Part shown: piece by piece, positions 19,646-27,367 of the stretch | Layout: each line of letters starts with the position of its first letter | Numbering within the stretch: the first letter of the stretch is position 1 | IMG/VR virus record: IMGVR_UViG_3300017780_001837 | Location: 1 to 30,764 of that record | DNA: 30,764 nt | Direction: 5' to 3' (one strand) | From: a virus | Taxonomy: Duplodnaviria > Caudoviricetes | The notes under the pieces: model-generated | The model's database searches: none | Seen by the model: only the letters and a program-made list of their open reading frames with translations | Told to the model about the DNA's origin: nothing | Translations under genes and position numbers: made by a program

Positions 19646-19941
19646 CATCCGCTTGGACCAAAAAAGAGGGCAAGAATGCTAAAGGTGGTTTGAACGAGAA
19701 GGGACGCAAGTCCTACGAAGCAGCAAACCCCGGTAGCAACTTGAAAGCACCAGTAAAGTCTGGTGACAATCCTCGCCGTGCTAGTTTCTTGGCAAGGATG
19801 GGCAACATGCCTGGACCTGAAAAAAAGAACGGTGAGCCCACAAGGCTGCTGTTGTCGCTCAAGGCTTGGGGTGCAAGTTCCAAGGCTGATGCCAAGTCCA
19901 AGGCTGCTGCTATTTCTGCACGAAATAAGTCCAAGAAGTGA
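19642..19941 (+). CDS. Basic phage protein, DUF6321-like
   Basis: 'AWTKKEGKN.KGGLN.KGR.SY....GS.LKAPV......RR.SF.ARM...RL..SL.AWG'. Confidence 0.65.
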   Translation: MTSAWTKKEGKNAKGGLNEKGRKSYEAANPGSNLKAPVKSGDNPRRASFLARMGNMPGPEKKNGEPTRLLLSLKAWGASSKADAKSKAAAISARNKSKK

Positions 19942-19947
19942 TATAGT
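19939..19947 (+). promoter_or_regulatory. Extended -10 promoter (TG-A-TATAGT) for the replication operon
   Basis: TGnTATAGT places the transcription start near the 5' end of the structured leader. Confidence 0.5.
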
Positions 19948-19951
19948 GTTT

Positions 19952-20018
19952 GAAACCCAGCTAGGCAGAGAGTAGCTACTCTGCTGAAAAGTGTCCCCTT
20001 CCACCTGCTGTGAGTTTC
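19952..20018 (+). ncRNA. Candidate multi-stem structured RNA leader upstream of the replication initiator
   Basis: Outer pairing GAAAC/GUUUC and CAGC(U)AGG/CCUGCUG; inner hairpin AGAGU-AGCU-ACUCU; small GUG/CAC stem presenting UCCCCUUC. Confidence 0.5.
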
Positions 20019-20049
20019 TTTTGAAGCGGGGCTTTGAACGGAAATAATC

Positions 20050-20772
20050 ATGGGTATTAAATTCATGGCTATGGCTATTGATGCCAATACAGCCAATTCA
20101 GGCCAAAAACTGGTTTTATTGATGCTTGCAAACCATTGCAACGATCACACCAGACAGTGCAATCCATCACAAAAACTGCTTGCTGAAGAGTGCTCTATGG
20201 GCTTGTCAACGCTCAAGAATCACATCATTGCTTTGCAAGATTTAGGATATGTTGAAACTGTAAATGTCTTCAAAGACAACATACAAAAACCAAACCAGTA
20301 TTTATTGAGGTTTCCCAGTAGCCAGAATCGGGCTACCCCCCCGTCAGGATCTGGCTACCCCCCCAGCCAGAATCTGGCTACAGAACCTGAAGTTAAAAAC
20401 AGAATAGAACCTGTTAATCAAAAGAATAATTTTTTTGATGACTTCTGGAAAGCATATCCCCGTAAAAGCAACAAGAGTTTTGCCCGAAAGGTTTTTGAAA
20501 AGCTGAAGGTGGATCAGCAGTTGTTTGACAAGATTGTCCAAGCCATCAACCTGCAAAACAGAACTGTCTGGAAAGACAAGGACCAACAGTACATCCCACA
20601 CCCATCAACTTGGCTTAACGGTGAACGATGGGAAGACGAGGTTTCTTCTTTTGTTAAACCAATGACCCAAGCTGAACGAGCAACCAACATTGCCCTTGGT
20701 AGACCAGCAGACCAACGACTTCCTACCCCTGAAGAACAAGCTGAACGTCAAAAACGGATTGCAATGCGATGA
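20050..20772 (+). CDS. Replication initiator protein (N-terminal HTH, lambda O-like organisation)
   Basis: 'KLVLLMLANH......CNPSQ..LAEECSM' HTH; 'FDDFWKAYPRK..K..A...F.KL'; 'YIPHPSTWLNGERWEDE'; internal iterons. Confidence 0.85.
   Translation: MGIKFMAMAIDANTANSGQKLVLLMLANHCNDHTRQCNPSQKLLAEECSMGLSTLKNHIIALQDLGYVETVNVFKDNIQKPNQYLLRFPSSQNRATPPSGSGYPPSQNLATEPEVKNRIEPVNQKNNFFDDFWKAYPRKSNKSFARKVFEKLKVDQQLFDKIVQAINLQNRTVWKDKDQQYIPHPSTWLNGERWEDEVSSFVKPMTQAERATNIALGRPADQRLPTPEEQAERQKRIAMR
20319..20440. repeat. Probable origin: three iterons (AGCCAGAATCTGGCTAC-like) followed by an AT-rich tract
   Basis: TAGCCAGAATCGGGCTAC (20319), CGTCAGGATCTGGCTAC (20342) and AGCCAGAATCTGGCTAC (20365), about 22-23 bp period, each quasi-palindromic. 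AT-rich run at about 20390-20440. Confidence 0.75.
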
Positions 20773-21101
20773 AAGGCCATGAACCACTTATCCACATGAG
20801 GATGCATGGCAAAGCTCCTCAGTGTGTCAGCATTGAAGACCACAGGTCCTTGAACAGCCATGATTGGCATCTTTTTGGTGACATTCCTTGCATCAATGTC
20901 GATGGTGATGAACTTCACTCCATTGATCTACGGTTTTGTGTTGGACTGATCGTGCAAATCAGTAGCTTTTCAGAAACCAGAGCAAAAACACTGTTATTCA
21001 TTGCTAAACAAGCAAAAGCAAGGGTAATCACTAGTTGTGTACTAATTCCGAATGCACCACACTGGAAGCAGACAGGTTGGTCAGAAATATACACATCATG
21101 A
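20769..21101 (+). CDS. Hypothetical protein between initiator and helicase
   Basis: ATGA overlaps on both sides. Confidence 0.6.
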   Translation: MKGHEPLIHMRMHGKAPQCVSIEDHRSLNSHDWHLFGDIPCINVDGDELHSIDLRFCVGLIVQISSFSETRAKTLLFIAKQAKARVITSCVLIPNAPHWKQTGWSEIYTS

Positions 21102-22078
21102 TTATCAATAACGACACAGTAAATTTCGCTCTTTACATGAAAGAGACAGACGCTCAGGCCAAGGTCAAGAGTGCTTTTATCTATGCTGAAGCATTGAAAA
21201 ACAAGCTCCGACTGAAAAAGTCGGTCAACCCTATTGTTTTGCCCTGGTACGGACAGAAGGACAACTTTGAGTTCCGTAAGGGTGAAGTGACCATTTGGGC
21301 AGGACAGAACAGCTCAGGCAAGTCTTTGGTGACCTCTCAAATTGCTTTGTCCCTGATGGGCCAAGGTGAGAAGGTAGCCATTGCGTCTTTCGAGATGAAG
21401 CCTGTCACAACCTTACAGCGTATGGCAAGGATGTGGATAGGCATGAACCCTATGGCTCCTGAGTTTCAGACTGAGGAAGGGTTTAAGTCCATTGATGACC
21501 TGTTTGACCAGTTTAGCTATTGGTCTGAGGACAAGCTTTGGCTGTACGACCAAATGGGTGCTGTTGACCAAGCTTTGATTATCGGGATGTGCAGGTACTG
21601 TGCAAAGGAGCTTGGCATTGGTCACATCATGATTGACAACTTAGCAACTTGCGTTATGGGTGAAGACGACATGTCTGGTCAAAAGAACTTTGTTTCTGAG
21701 TTGATCAACATTGCACGAGACTACAACACTCATATTCACTTGGTTCACCACTTGCGTAAACCAGCGAACGAATATTCTATTCCCGGCAAATACGACACAA
21801 AGGGTTCTGGTGCAATTGTTGACCTTGTTGATAATGTTTGGATGGTTTGGAGAAATAAAGAAAAAGAGGACGAGATTAAAGATATTGGTCCTGCTTCAGG
21901 TAAGTATCACGATGCTGACCAAATGTTGTTTTGCCGAAAGCAAAGGAATTACGAGGGCTCAGGTAATGGTGAGCCAAACATAAAGCTGTGGTTTCATGCT
22001 GATGCTCAGACCTATGTTGAAAGAGCTGGCGATGATCCCATGTTCTTTCCAAACTGGCCCCACATACGATCAGGGTAA
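21098..22078 (+). CDS. SF4 (DnaB/T7 gp4-type) replicative helicase, helicase domain only
   Basis: Walker A 'AGQNSSGKS', 'SFEM', Walker B 'IMIDNL', 'HHLRK', 'KGSGAI', 'KQR'. Start moved to 21098. Confidence 0.88.
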   Translation: MIINNDTVNFALYMKETDAQAKVKSAFIYAEALKNKLRLKKSVNPIVLPWYGQKDNFEFRKGEVTIWAGQNSSGKSLVTSQIALSLMGQGEKVAIASFEMKPVTTLQRMARMWIGMNPMAPEFQTEEGFKSIDDLFDQFSYWSEDKLWLYDQMGAVDQALIIGMCRYCAKELGIGHIMIDNLATCVMGEDDMSGQKNFVSELINIARDYNTHIHLVHHLRKPANEYSIPGKYDTKGSGAIVDLVDNVWMVWRNKEKEDEIKDIGPASGKYHDADQMLFCRKQRNYEGSGNGEPNIKLWFHADAQTYVERAGDDPMFFPNWPHIRSG

Positions 22079-22084
22079 ACACTG

Positions 22085-22297
22085 ATGTACGAATACAGCA
22101 AAATAAAATCAAATTACAGTGACCGAGTTCAAATCGAACAAGGTGAGGCAAGAGTAATTTTCCGATCCTGGCAAACAACCAAAGACAACGAGTTTGTCGT
22201 AGGTATGTTGGAAAGAGCAGAAAAAATGTATGGCATGGGTGCAAAGGAAAGGATCAGATCCTACCTAACCCAAATGAAAGAAGGAACATTGGAATGA
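22085..22297 (+). CDS. Hypothetical protein
   Basis: ORF in operon orientation, coupled to the next gene. Confidence 0.55.
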   Translation: MYEYSKIKSNYSDRVQIEQGEARVIFRSWQTTKDNEFVVGMLERAEKMYGMGAKERIRSYLTQMKEGTLE

Positions 22298-22386
22298 ATA
22301 ATTGTGAGCACAAATGGGAATCCATTAAAGGTCCTGGCATGTACCACTGCACTAAATGTGGTGCTTTCAGGAGGATTATCAAATGA
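22294..22386 (+). CDS. 30-aa Zn-ribbon peptide (MNNCEHKW...YHCTKCGAFR), absent from the track
   Basis: CxH...CxxC; AAGGA RBS; ATGA overlaps. Confidence 0.55.
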   Translation: MNNCEHKWESIKGPGMYHCTKCGAFRRIIK

Positions 22387-22490
22387 ACGAAGACGAAAAG
22401 CCAACCCCGGCTGATAAACAGTTGGTCTGGGTGGTGGTGGCATTCATCACGTTGATGCTGGGGCTTTTAACTTTGAGGAGTTGTTTATGA
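22383..22490 (+). CDS. 35-aa single-TM peptide, absent from the track
   Basis: AGGAGG RBS; hydrophobic 'LVWVVVAFITLMLGLLTL'; ATGA overlaps. Confidence 0.55.
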   Translation: MNEDEKPTPADKQLVWVVVAFITLMLGLLTLRSCL

Positions 22491-22870
22491 CACCGAACAG
22501 AATCCAGTTCAGCGGCACAGACAGCACATGGGTGATGCGTATTACCGCAGATCGCCGCATTGAAGTTAACGAAAACGTTGAGGTCACTAAAACGGCGCAG
22601 GATGTTCTGGGTGCCTTGCAGCATTTGTTGAAGCCAGCACCTGTGCAGGAGCCTGTGGCGCATGCTGTGTTCACAGTGCTGGAGGGGTTTACGCTTCCGC
22701 ATGATGTTCGAAAGATTCTCGAAGCCGCTTACTACACCTTACCCGCAGCACAGCGGCAATGGGTTGGGCTGACTGAGGAGGAGCGCACAGAAATTAGGCG
22801 AGAACATTACGCACGAACACTTCCACTTATGGATGCGGTTGAAGCCAAACTCAAGGAGAAGAACACATGA
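22487..22870 (+). CDS. Mosaic Nin/Ea-type hypothetical protein
   Basis: GAGGAG RBS; 'PVQEPVA', 'QRQWVGLTEEE' and 'EAKLKEKN' junction motifs typical of phage accessory mosaics. Confidence 0.6.
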   Translation: MTPNRIQFSGTDSTWVMRITADRRIEVNENVEVTKTAQDVLGALQHLLKPAPVQEPVAHAVFTVLEGFTLPHDVRKILEAAYYTLPAAQRQWVGLTEEERTEIRREHYARTLPLMDAVEAKLKEKNT

Positions 22871-23295
22871 CTTTTCAAGTAATCTTTCAAGTTGAAGGCA
22901 CACCTGTACCAAAAGGTCGTCCAAGATTTGCCAGGAGGGGCAAGTTTGTCTCAACTTACAGCCCAAAAACCACAGTTGACTACGAAACCAAGGTTGCTGA
23001 CGCTGCAAAGATAGCAATGGGCTCACAGAAGCCTTTAGAAGGCCCCATAGTGACCTGTATTTACATCACCCTGCCTACCCCAGCCTCCTATAGTAAAAAG
23101 CGCACCAAGGCTTGTTTATCAGGTGAAGAGCGTCCCACCAAACGCAGTGATATCGACAACTTTTGCAAAGCTCTTTTTGATGGCATGAACGGCATTGTCT
23201 TTGTAGATGACAGTCAAGTGGTGTCTTTACACGCCACAAAAGTGTATGGGACTGTGGGTCTGGTAGAGATCATGGTCCAAGAACATCTGATGTAA
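22867..23295 (+). CDS. rusA: RusA-family Holliday junction resolvase
   Basis: 'G.PVPKGRPRF', 'P.KRSDIDN..KAL.DGMNGIVF.DDSQVV'. Confidence 0.88.
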   Translation: MTFQVIFQVEGTPVPKGRPRFARRGKFVSTYSPKTTVDYETKVADAAKIAMGSQKPLEGPIVTCIYITLPTPASYSKKRTKACLSGEERPTKRSDIDNFCKALFDGMNGIVFVDDSQVVSLHATKVYGTVGLVEIMVQEHLM

Positions 23296-23337
23296 GGGTA
23301 TGTCCCTATTCCAATCAACTTGATTGAGCTCCACAAT
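23293..23337 (+). promoter_or_regulatory. Palindrome copy TAAGGG-TATG-TCCCTA (23293-23308) plus -10-like CACAAT 23 bp downstream
   Basis: Same motif and spacing as the site at 18954; lies in the gap between rusA and the next gene. Confidence 0.45.
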
Positions 23338-23370
23338 TGGTTTGCCAATCACGGCATCAAAGGAAATGCA

Positions 23371-23652
23371 ATGAAAGTTACGACCACAGTCCACATCTAT
23401 AACTCCCAGTACTCATGGGAGACAACACCCAGATTTAGCGTTTACTCTCTTAAAATCGATGATAGTGAGCACATGACCTATGTAGGCGCTCAAGAAATTG
23501 AAGTTGAAGTGCCTGACAGTTATGACCCGAGGGCTCAAAAGATTGCTGCTCTTGAAAAGCAAAGGCAAAAAATCATGGCTGACTATCAAAAAACAGTCAA
23601 TGAGATCAATGAGCGTATTTCTAAACTGCAAGCCATTGAATACACACCATGA
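23371..23652 (+). CDS. Hypothetical protein with C-terminal coiled coil
   Basis: ATG at 23371 with AAGGA RBS; 'QKIAALEKQRQK...INERISKLQAIE'. Confidence 0.65.
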   Translation: MKVTTTVHIYNSQYSWETTPRFSVYSLKIDDSEHMTYVGAQEIEVEVPDSYDPRAQKIAALEKQRQKIMADYQKTVNEINERISKLQAIEYTP

Positions 23653-24125
23653 GAAAGAAAAGCAAATACAAACCCAGACCAGTATGTCTAGACAACATGC
23701 ACTGGGTAGTGTCTGGCATGAAAAAGGTAGGAACTCTACCTACTGCTGGTGTAGCGCTGAAGCTAAAGAACCATGAGGCTTTGGACTCCATCTTAAAAGG
23801 TGAGGCTACAAAAGATCATCTTGATGTCCTAATTTATGCTGTAAACATGGCTGAGGCCATGATCCGCATACGGGATGACTTAGGTGCTGATTGGGCAGCA
23901 GAGATAAGAGCTGCTCAAGACGCTATCTACACAATGGCTAAACGAGGTGTGGAGAAGAACCGCTTTGCTTTTACAGGTCCTGAGATGAATGCTGTAAGGG
24001 TGGTGATGGATGTCCATGATGCCCAGCTAGATGATTGCAGTGTCAAAGAGATGGAGAGGGCTTTGGAGCTGGTTGCGGAAGAGATCCGGCTAAAGAAGTG
24101 CCGACCAATCGTGGAGGCTGTATGA
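23649..24125 (+). CDS. Hypothetical phage protein
   Basis: 158-aa ORF with basic N-terminus 'MRKKSKYKPRPV'; ATGA overlaps. Confidence 0.65.
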   Translation: MRKKSKYKPRPVCLDNMHWVVSGMKKVGTLPTAGVALKLKNHEALDSILKGEATKDHLDVLIYAVNMAEAMIRIRDDLGADWAAEIRAAQDAIYTMAKRGVEKNRFAFTGPEMNAVRVVMDVHDAQLDDCSVKEMERALELVAEEIRLKKCRPIVEAV

Positions 24126-24355
24126 GAGATGCGATAGAAATGGCCCGTCAAGCTGGCTGGGAAATGGACGACAGTCTGGTTCTTGAGCCTGAAGTTATTT
24201 GGTATATGAGCCAAGGGCAACTTGAGCGCCTTGTTGCTATTGTCCGTGCTGATGAGCGTGAGATTGCTATTGAAAGAGCGTTTGTTGCAATGCTAGGCGC
24301 AAGCCATGAGTTGACATTACGTGTAGTCCGAGCCATTCGAGCAGGTAAGACATGA
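24122..24355 (+). CDS. Hypothetical protein (MRDAIEMARQAG...)
   Basis: GGAGG RBS; 'LERLVAIVRADERE' accessory-type motif. Confidence 0.6.
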   Translation: MRDAIEMARQAGWEMDDSLVLEPEVIWYMSQGQLERLVAIVRADEREIAIERAFVAMLGASHELTLRVVRAIRAGKT

Positions 24356-25083
24356 TCCACTATCACGGTATGCCAATTACCCCGGCTACAGCAGCAGTAG
24401 CCGCTGTACAGGCTGGGCATGGGTTTGTTTCTTTTCAACACCCCGATCAGCTTGGTATTGCTGCTGAAGTTTGTCAATCATTTGCTGTTGACAATGGTGC
24501 TTTTAGTGCCTGGAAAAGCGGCAATCCAAGGATTGATTGGTCAGACTTTTACGAATGGGCATTGATGTGCAAAAAGATGCCCAACTGCGACTTTGCCGTC
24601 ATCCCAGATGTGATTGATGGCACTGAAGACGACAACAATGCCCTTGTTCGTGCTTGGCCTTTGGGTAACTTCTTTGGAGCTCCTGTTTGGCATATGCATG
24701 AATCAATCAGCAGGTTGACATGGTTGGCTCGGACGTTTCATCGTGTTTGCATTGGGTCATCTGGTGAATTTGCAGAGATTGGAAATTCTTTGTGGTGGGG
24801 TCGAATATCAGAAGCAATGAATGCCGTTTGTCCTGACGGAAGTCCAGTTTGCAAGCTTCATGGTTTGCGGATGCTTGACCCTGAAGTATTTACAAAGTTG
24901 CCATTTGCATCTGCTGACAGCACAAACATTGGAAGGAATGTAGGTATAGACAACAAATGGAGAAATGGGAATTACCCTCCACCAACAAAAGAAGCAAGAG
25001 CAATGGTTATGAGGCAAAGAATTGAATCTTATAACTCTGCACAAAAATGGATCAAACAACCAATTCAGGAAACATTAATATGA
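24352..25083 (+). CDS. TGT-fold (DpdA-like) 7-deazaguanine transglycosylase candidate
   Basis: Ordered motifs 'VDNGAFS' (cf. TGT DSGGF), 'IPDVI', 'PVWH', 'CIGSS', 'LHGLRM' and 'SADST' (catalytic Asp position). Translationally coupled to a VUT/YhhQ transporter. Confidence 0.65.
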   Translation: MIHYHGMPITPATAAVAAVQAGHGFVSFQHPDQLGIAAEVCQSFAVDNGAFSAWKSGNPRIDWSDFYEWALMCKKMPNCDFAVIPDVIDGTEDDNNALVRAWPLGNFFGAPVWHMHESISRLTWLARTFHRVCIGSSGEFAEIGNSLWWGRISEAMNAVCPDGSPVCKLHGLRMLDPEVFTKLPFASADSTNIGRNVGIDNKWRNGNYPPPTKEARAMVMRQRIESYNSAQKWIKQPIQETLI

Positions 25084-25553
25084 AAACAGCAATCGCAATT
25101 TACGCCTTGGCAATGACTGCCGCCAACTTGTCTATTTCGCATTTTGGCCCTTGGGTATCACCAATTAACTCATTTTTGTTTATTGGCCTTGATTTGGCTT
25201 TGCGTGACTTGTTGCATCAAAGGTTAAAAACATGGCAAATGGGATGCCTAATTGTTGGCACTGGTTTGTTGACATATTTGCTAAACCCTGCTGCTGGAAT
25301 GATTGCAATTGCGTCTGCCGTTTCATTCACTGCCGCATCTGTTGTTGATTGGGCTGTGTTCGCAAAACTTACTGGCACATGGATCAAACGAGCAAACGGT
25401 AGCAACATTGCTGGCGCTGCTGTGGACAGCGTTGTATTCCCTACGTTGGCTTTTGGTGTTTTGATGCCTCAAATTGTTGCCATGCAATTTGCAGCCAAAG
25501 TTGCAGGTGGTGCTTTCTGGGCTTATGTAATTTCAAAAGTTAAACATGACTGA
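25080..25553 (+). CDS. yhhQ: VUT/YhhQ-family membrane protein (queuosine-precursor preQ0/preQ1 transporter-like)
   Basis: 'AANL', 'G.DL.LRD..H', 'IAIASA.SF..A..VDW.VF', 'R..GSN..GA.VDS.VF..LAF', 'QF.AKV.GG'; multi-TM. Start moved to 25080. Confidence 0.75.
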   Translation: MKTAIAIYALAMTAANLSISHFGPWVSPINSFLFIGLDLALRDLLHQRLKTWQMGCLIVGTGLLTYLLNPAAGMIAIASAVSFTAASVVDWAVFAKLTGTWIKRANGSNIAGAAVDSVVFPTLAFGVLMPQIVAMQFAAKVAGGAFWAYVISKVKHD

Positions 25554-25821
25554 CGATCCATTTCACTACGAAAAGCCTGAATGGTTGGTGCTTAAACAGC
25601 GTGAACATAACAGGCAACTCAGAGAGAAACGACTAGGTAGGCCAATAGGAACTTGGGGTGGTAAACGTCAGGGTGCAGGTCTGAAGAAAAAGACAGAAGA
25701 ACCCAAGTACACCAACCTAATCGCATTAACTTTAAACAGCATCCAAAAACAAGTACTCATAGAAATGGGTAATGGTGATCTGGATACTGGTGTACAGAAC
25801 TTAATCAACGAACACATTTGA
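25546..25821 (+). CDS. Small basic protein with GGxRxGAG motif, probable DNA binder
   Basis: 'GRP.GTWGGKRQGAGLKKK'. Confidence 0.5.
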   Translation: MTDDPFHYEKPEWLVLKQREHNRQLREKRLGRPIGTWGGKRQGAGLKKKTEEPKYTNLIALTLNSIQKQVLIEMGNGDLDTGVQNLINEHI

Positions 25822-25830
25822 AAGCAATGT

Positions 25831-26157
25831 ATGGAAATAAGCCCAGAAAAAGCCATTCGTTATATCCAAGACAATGCAGAGAAATATGCAAAAGCTAAGG
25901 GTGATGTGGCGTATACAGAGAACTACCTGAAAGTGGTTAAGTCTCAACAAATGAACAAGAGTGAATCAAGCTCTCTTGGTCAACGAGAAGCAGATGCCTA
26001 TGCAAGTGCTGATTACATTCAAGCCATTACTGCCAACAAACAGGCAGTGGAAGAAGAAGCCCACCTAAAGTGGATGCTAACAGCAGCACAAGCAAGAATT
26101 GAAGTATGGAAAACACAGGAATACTCCAAACGATCTGAGTTGCGGAACTTGTCATGA
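25831..26157 (+). CDS. Helical protein, possibly UvsY-like recombination mediator
   Basis: All-alpha, 108 aa, 'YAKAK.....E...K.......RE.DAYAS..Y.......W....A..RIEVWKT'; the resemblance is tentative. Confidence 0.4.
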   Translation: MEISPEKAIRYIQDNAEKYAKAKGDVAYTENYLKVVKSQQMNKSESSSLGQREADAYASADYIQAITANKQAVEEEAHLKWMLTAAQARIEVWKTQEYSKRSELRNLS

Positions 26158-26780
26158 GGGTGCTTATTGCATGTGAATATTCTGGAAAGGTCAGGGATGC
26201 TTTTGCTGCCCTTGGACATGACGTAATGTCTTGTGACCTGCTACCAACTGATTCGCCTGGTAAACATTACCAAGGTGATGTATTTGACATCATCAATGAT
26301 GGCTGGGACCTGATGGTTGCTCACCCACCATGCACTGACTTAGCCGTTAGTGGGGCTAAACACTTTGCTGCTAAACAGGCTGATGGTCGTCAAGCTGCTG
26401 CATTGAACTTTGTCCAAAGGTTGCTGAATGCTCCTATTGACCGCATTGCTTTGGAGAACCCTGTCAGCATCATTAGCAGCCGTATCCGTAAGCCTGACCA
26501 AATAATTCAGCCTTGGATGTTTGGACATGAAGCCACAAAGACAACGTGCCTTTGGTTAAAAAACCTGCCTCACTTGAAGCCAACAAACATTGTTGACAAG
26601 GGTGCTAGACACATCACAAAGAGTGGAAAAAGCTTGCCCACTTGGTACAACCTGCCACCAAGTGCTGATCGTTGGAAGATCAGAAGCGCAACATTCCAAG
26701 GTATTGCAGATGCAATGGCTAAACAATGGGGTAACAATGAACAACAAACTGAACGCCAAAGAGAGATTGCATTTAGCTAG
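26154..26780 (+). CDS. Atypical short DNA cytosine-C5 methyltransferase-like protein
   Basis: Motif IV 'AHPPCT' and motif VI 'LENPV'; N-terminal Rossmann strand 'VLIACEYSG' and 'SCDL'; C-terminal 'RSATFQGIADAMAKQW'. Confidence 0.7.
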   Translation: MRVLIACEYSGKVRDAFAALGHDVMSCDLLPTDSPGKHYQGDVFDIINDGWDLMVAHPPCTDLAVSGAKHFAAKQADGRQAAALNFVQRLLNAPIDRIALENPVSIISSRIRKPDQIIQPWMFGHEATKTTCLWLKNLPHLKPTNIVDKGARHITKSGKSLPTWYNLPPSADRWKIRSATFQGIADAMAKQWGNNEQQTERQREIAFS

Positions 26781-27003
26781 GGTTAAGGAGCTATCATGCT
26801 CTGTATGCGATGCACCTGGGCCGAGTGATGCCCACCACATTGAGCAGGGTTTGCAATATACTTGCATAGCACTGTGCAAAGACTGTCATCAAGGATCTAT
26901 TCTTGGTTGGCATGGTCAAAAAAGGGCTTGGTCCATCAGAAAGATGGGTGAGCTAGATGCACTCAACATTACGATTCAAAGGTTACTCCATGAACTACGG
27001 TGA
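26737..27003 (+). CDS. Ref-like (recombination enhancement) Zn-HNH nuclease
   Basis: 'V..L.CSVC......AHH......IALC.DCHQG...G.HG'; ATG at 26737. Confidence 0.7.
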   Translation: MNNKLNAKERLHLARVKELSCSVCDAPGPSDAHHIEQGLQYTCIALCKDCHQGSILGWHGQKRAWSIRKMGELDALNITIQRLLHELR

Positions 27004-27346
27004 ATTCCTGTTGACCTTGATGCACTCGTCAACCAACACACAGATCCTGCATCGCCAGACAAAAAGCTATGCCGAGCACATCGCCCTGGGTGAGTTCTAT
27101 CAAGCCATCATCCCTTTGGTAGACACTCTCACAGAGGCTATACAGGGCCTAGAAGGCGAGATCATTGACTACCCTGTTGACTACTACGGTCCAGCATCTA
27201 ATGGCCTTGAGGAGCTATCCTCGTTGCAAGAGTACGTTGCAGAAGAACGTAAGACCCTGCCAGCCAACAGTGAGATTCAAAACATCGTTGACGAAATTGC
27301 AGATCTGATTAACAGTACGCTATATAAGCTAAAATTCTTGAAGTGA
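26990..27346 (+). CDS. Ferritin-like / Dps-like four-helix protein (DUF5856-like)
   Basis: 'LH.QTKSYAEH.AL..FY......D...E..QG' resembles the Dps metal-binding pattern; 'QNIVDEI..LI..T.YKL'. Start moved to 26990. Confidence 0.7.
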   Translation: MNYGEFLLTLMHSSTNTQILHRQTKSYAEHIALGEFYQAIIPLVDTLTEAIQGLEGEIIDYPVDYYGPASNGLEELSSLQEYVAEERKTLPANSEIQNIVDEIADLINSTLYKLKFLK

Positions 27347-27367
27347 TTTCCTTGAACGAGTGAATTT

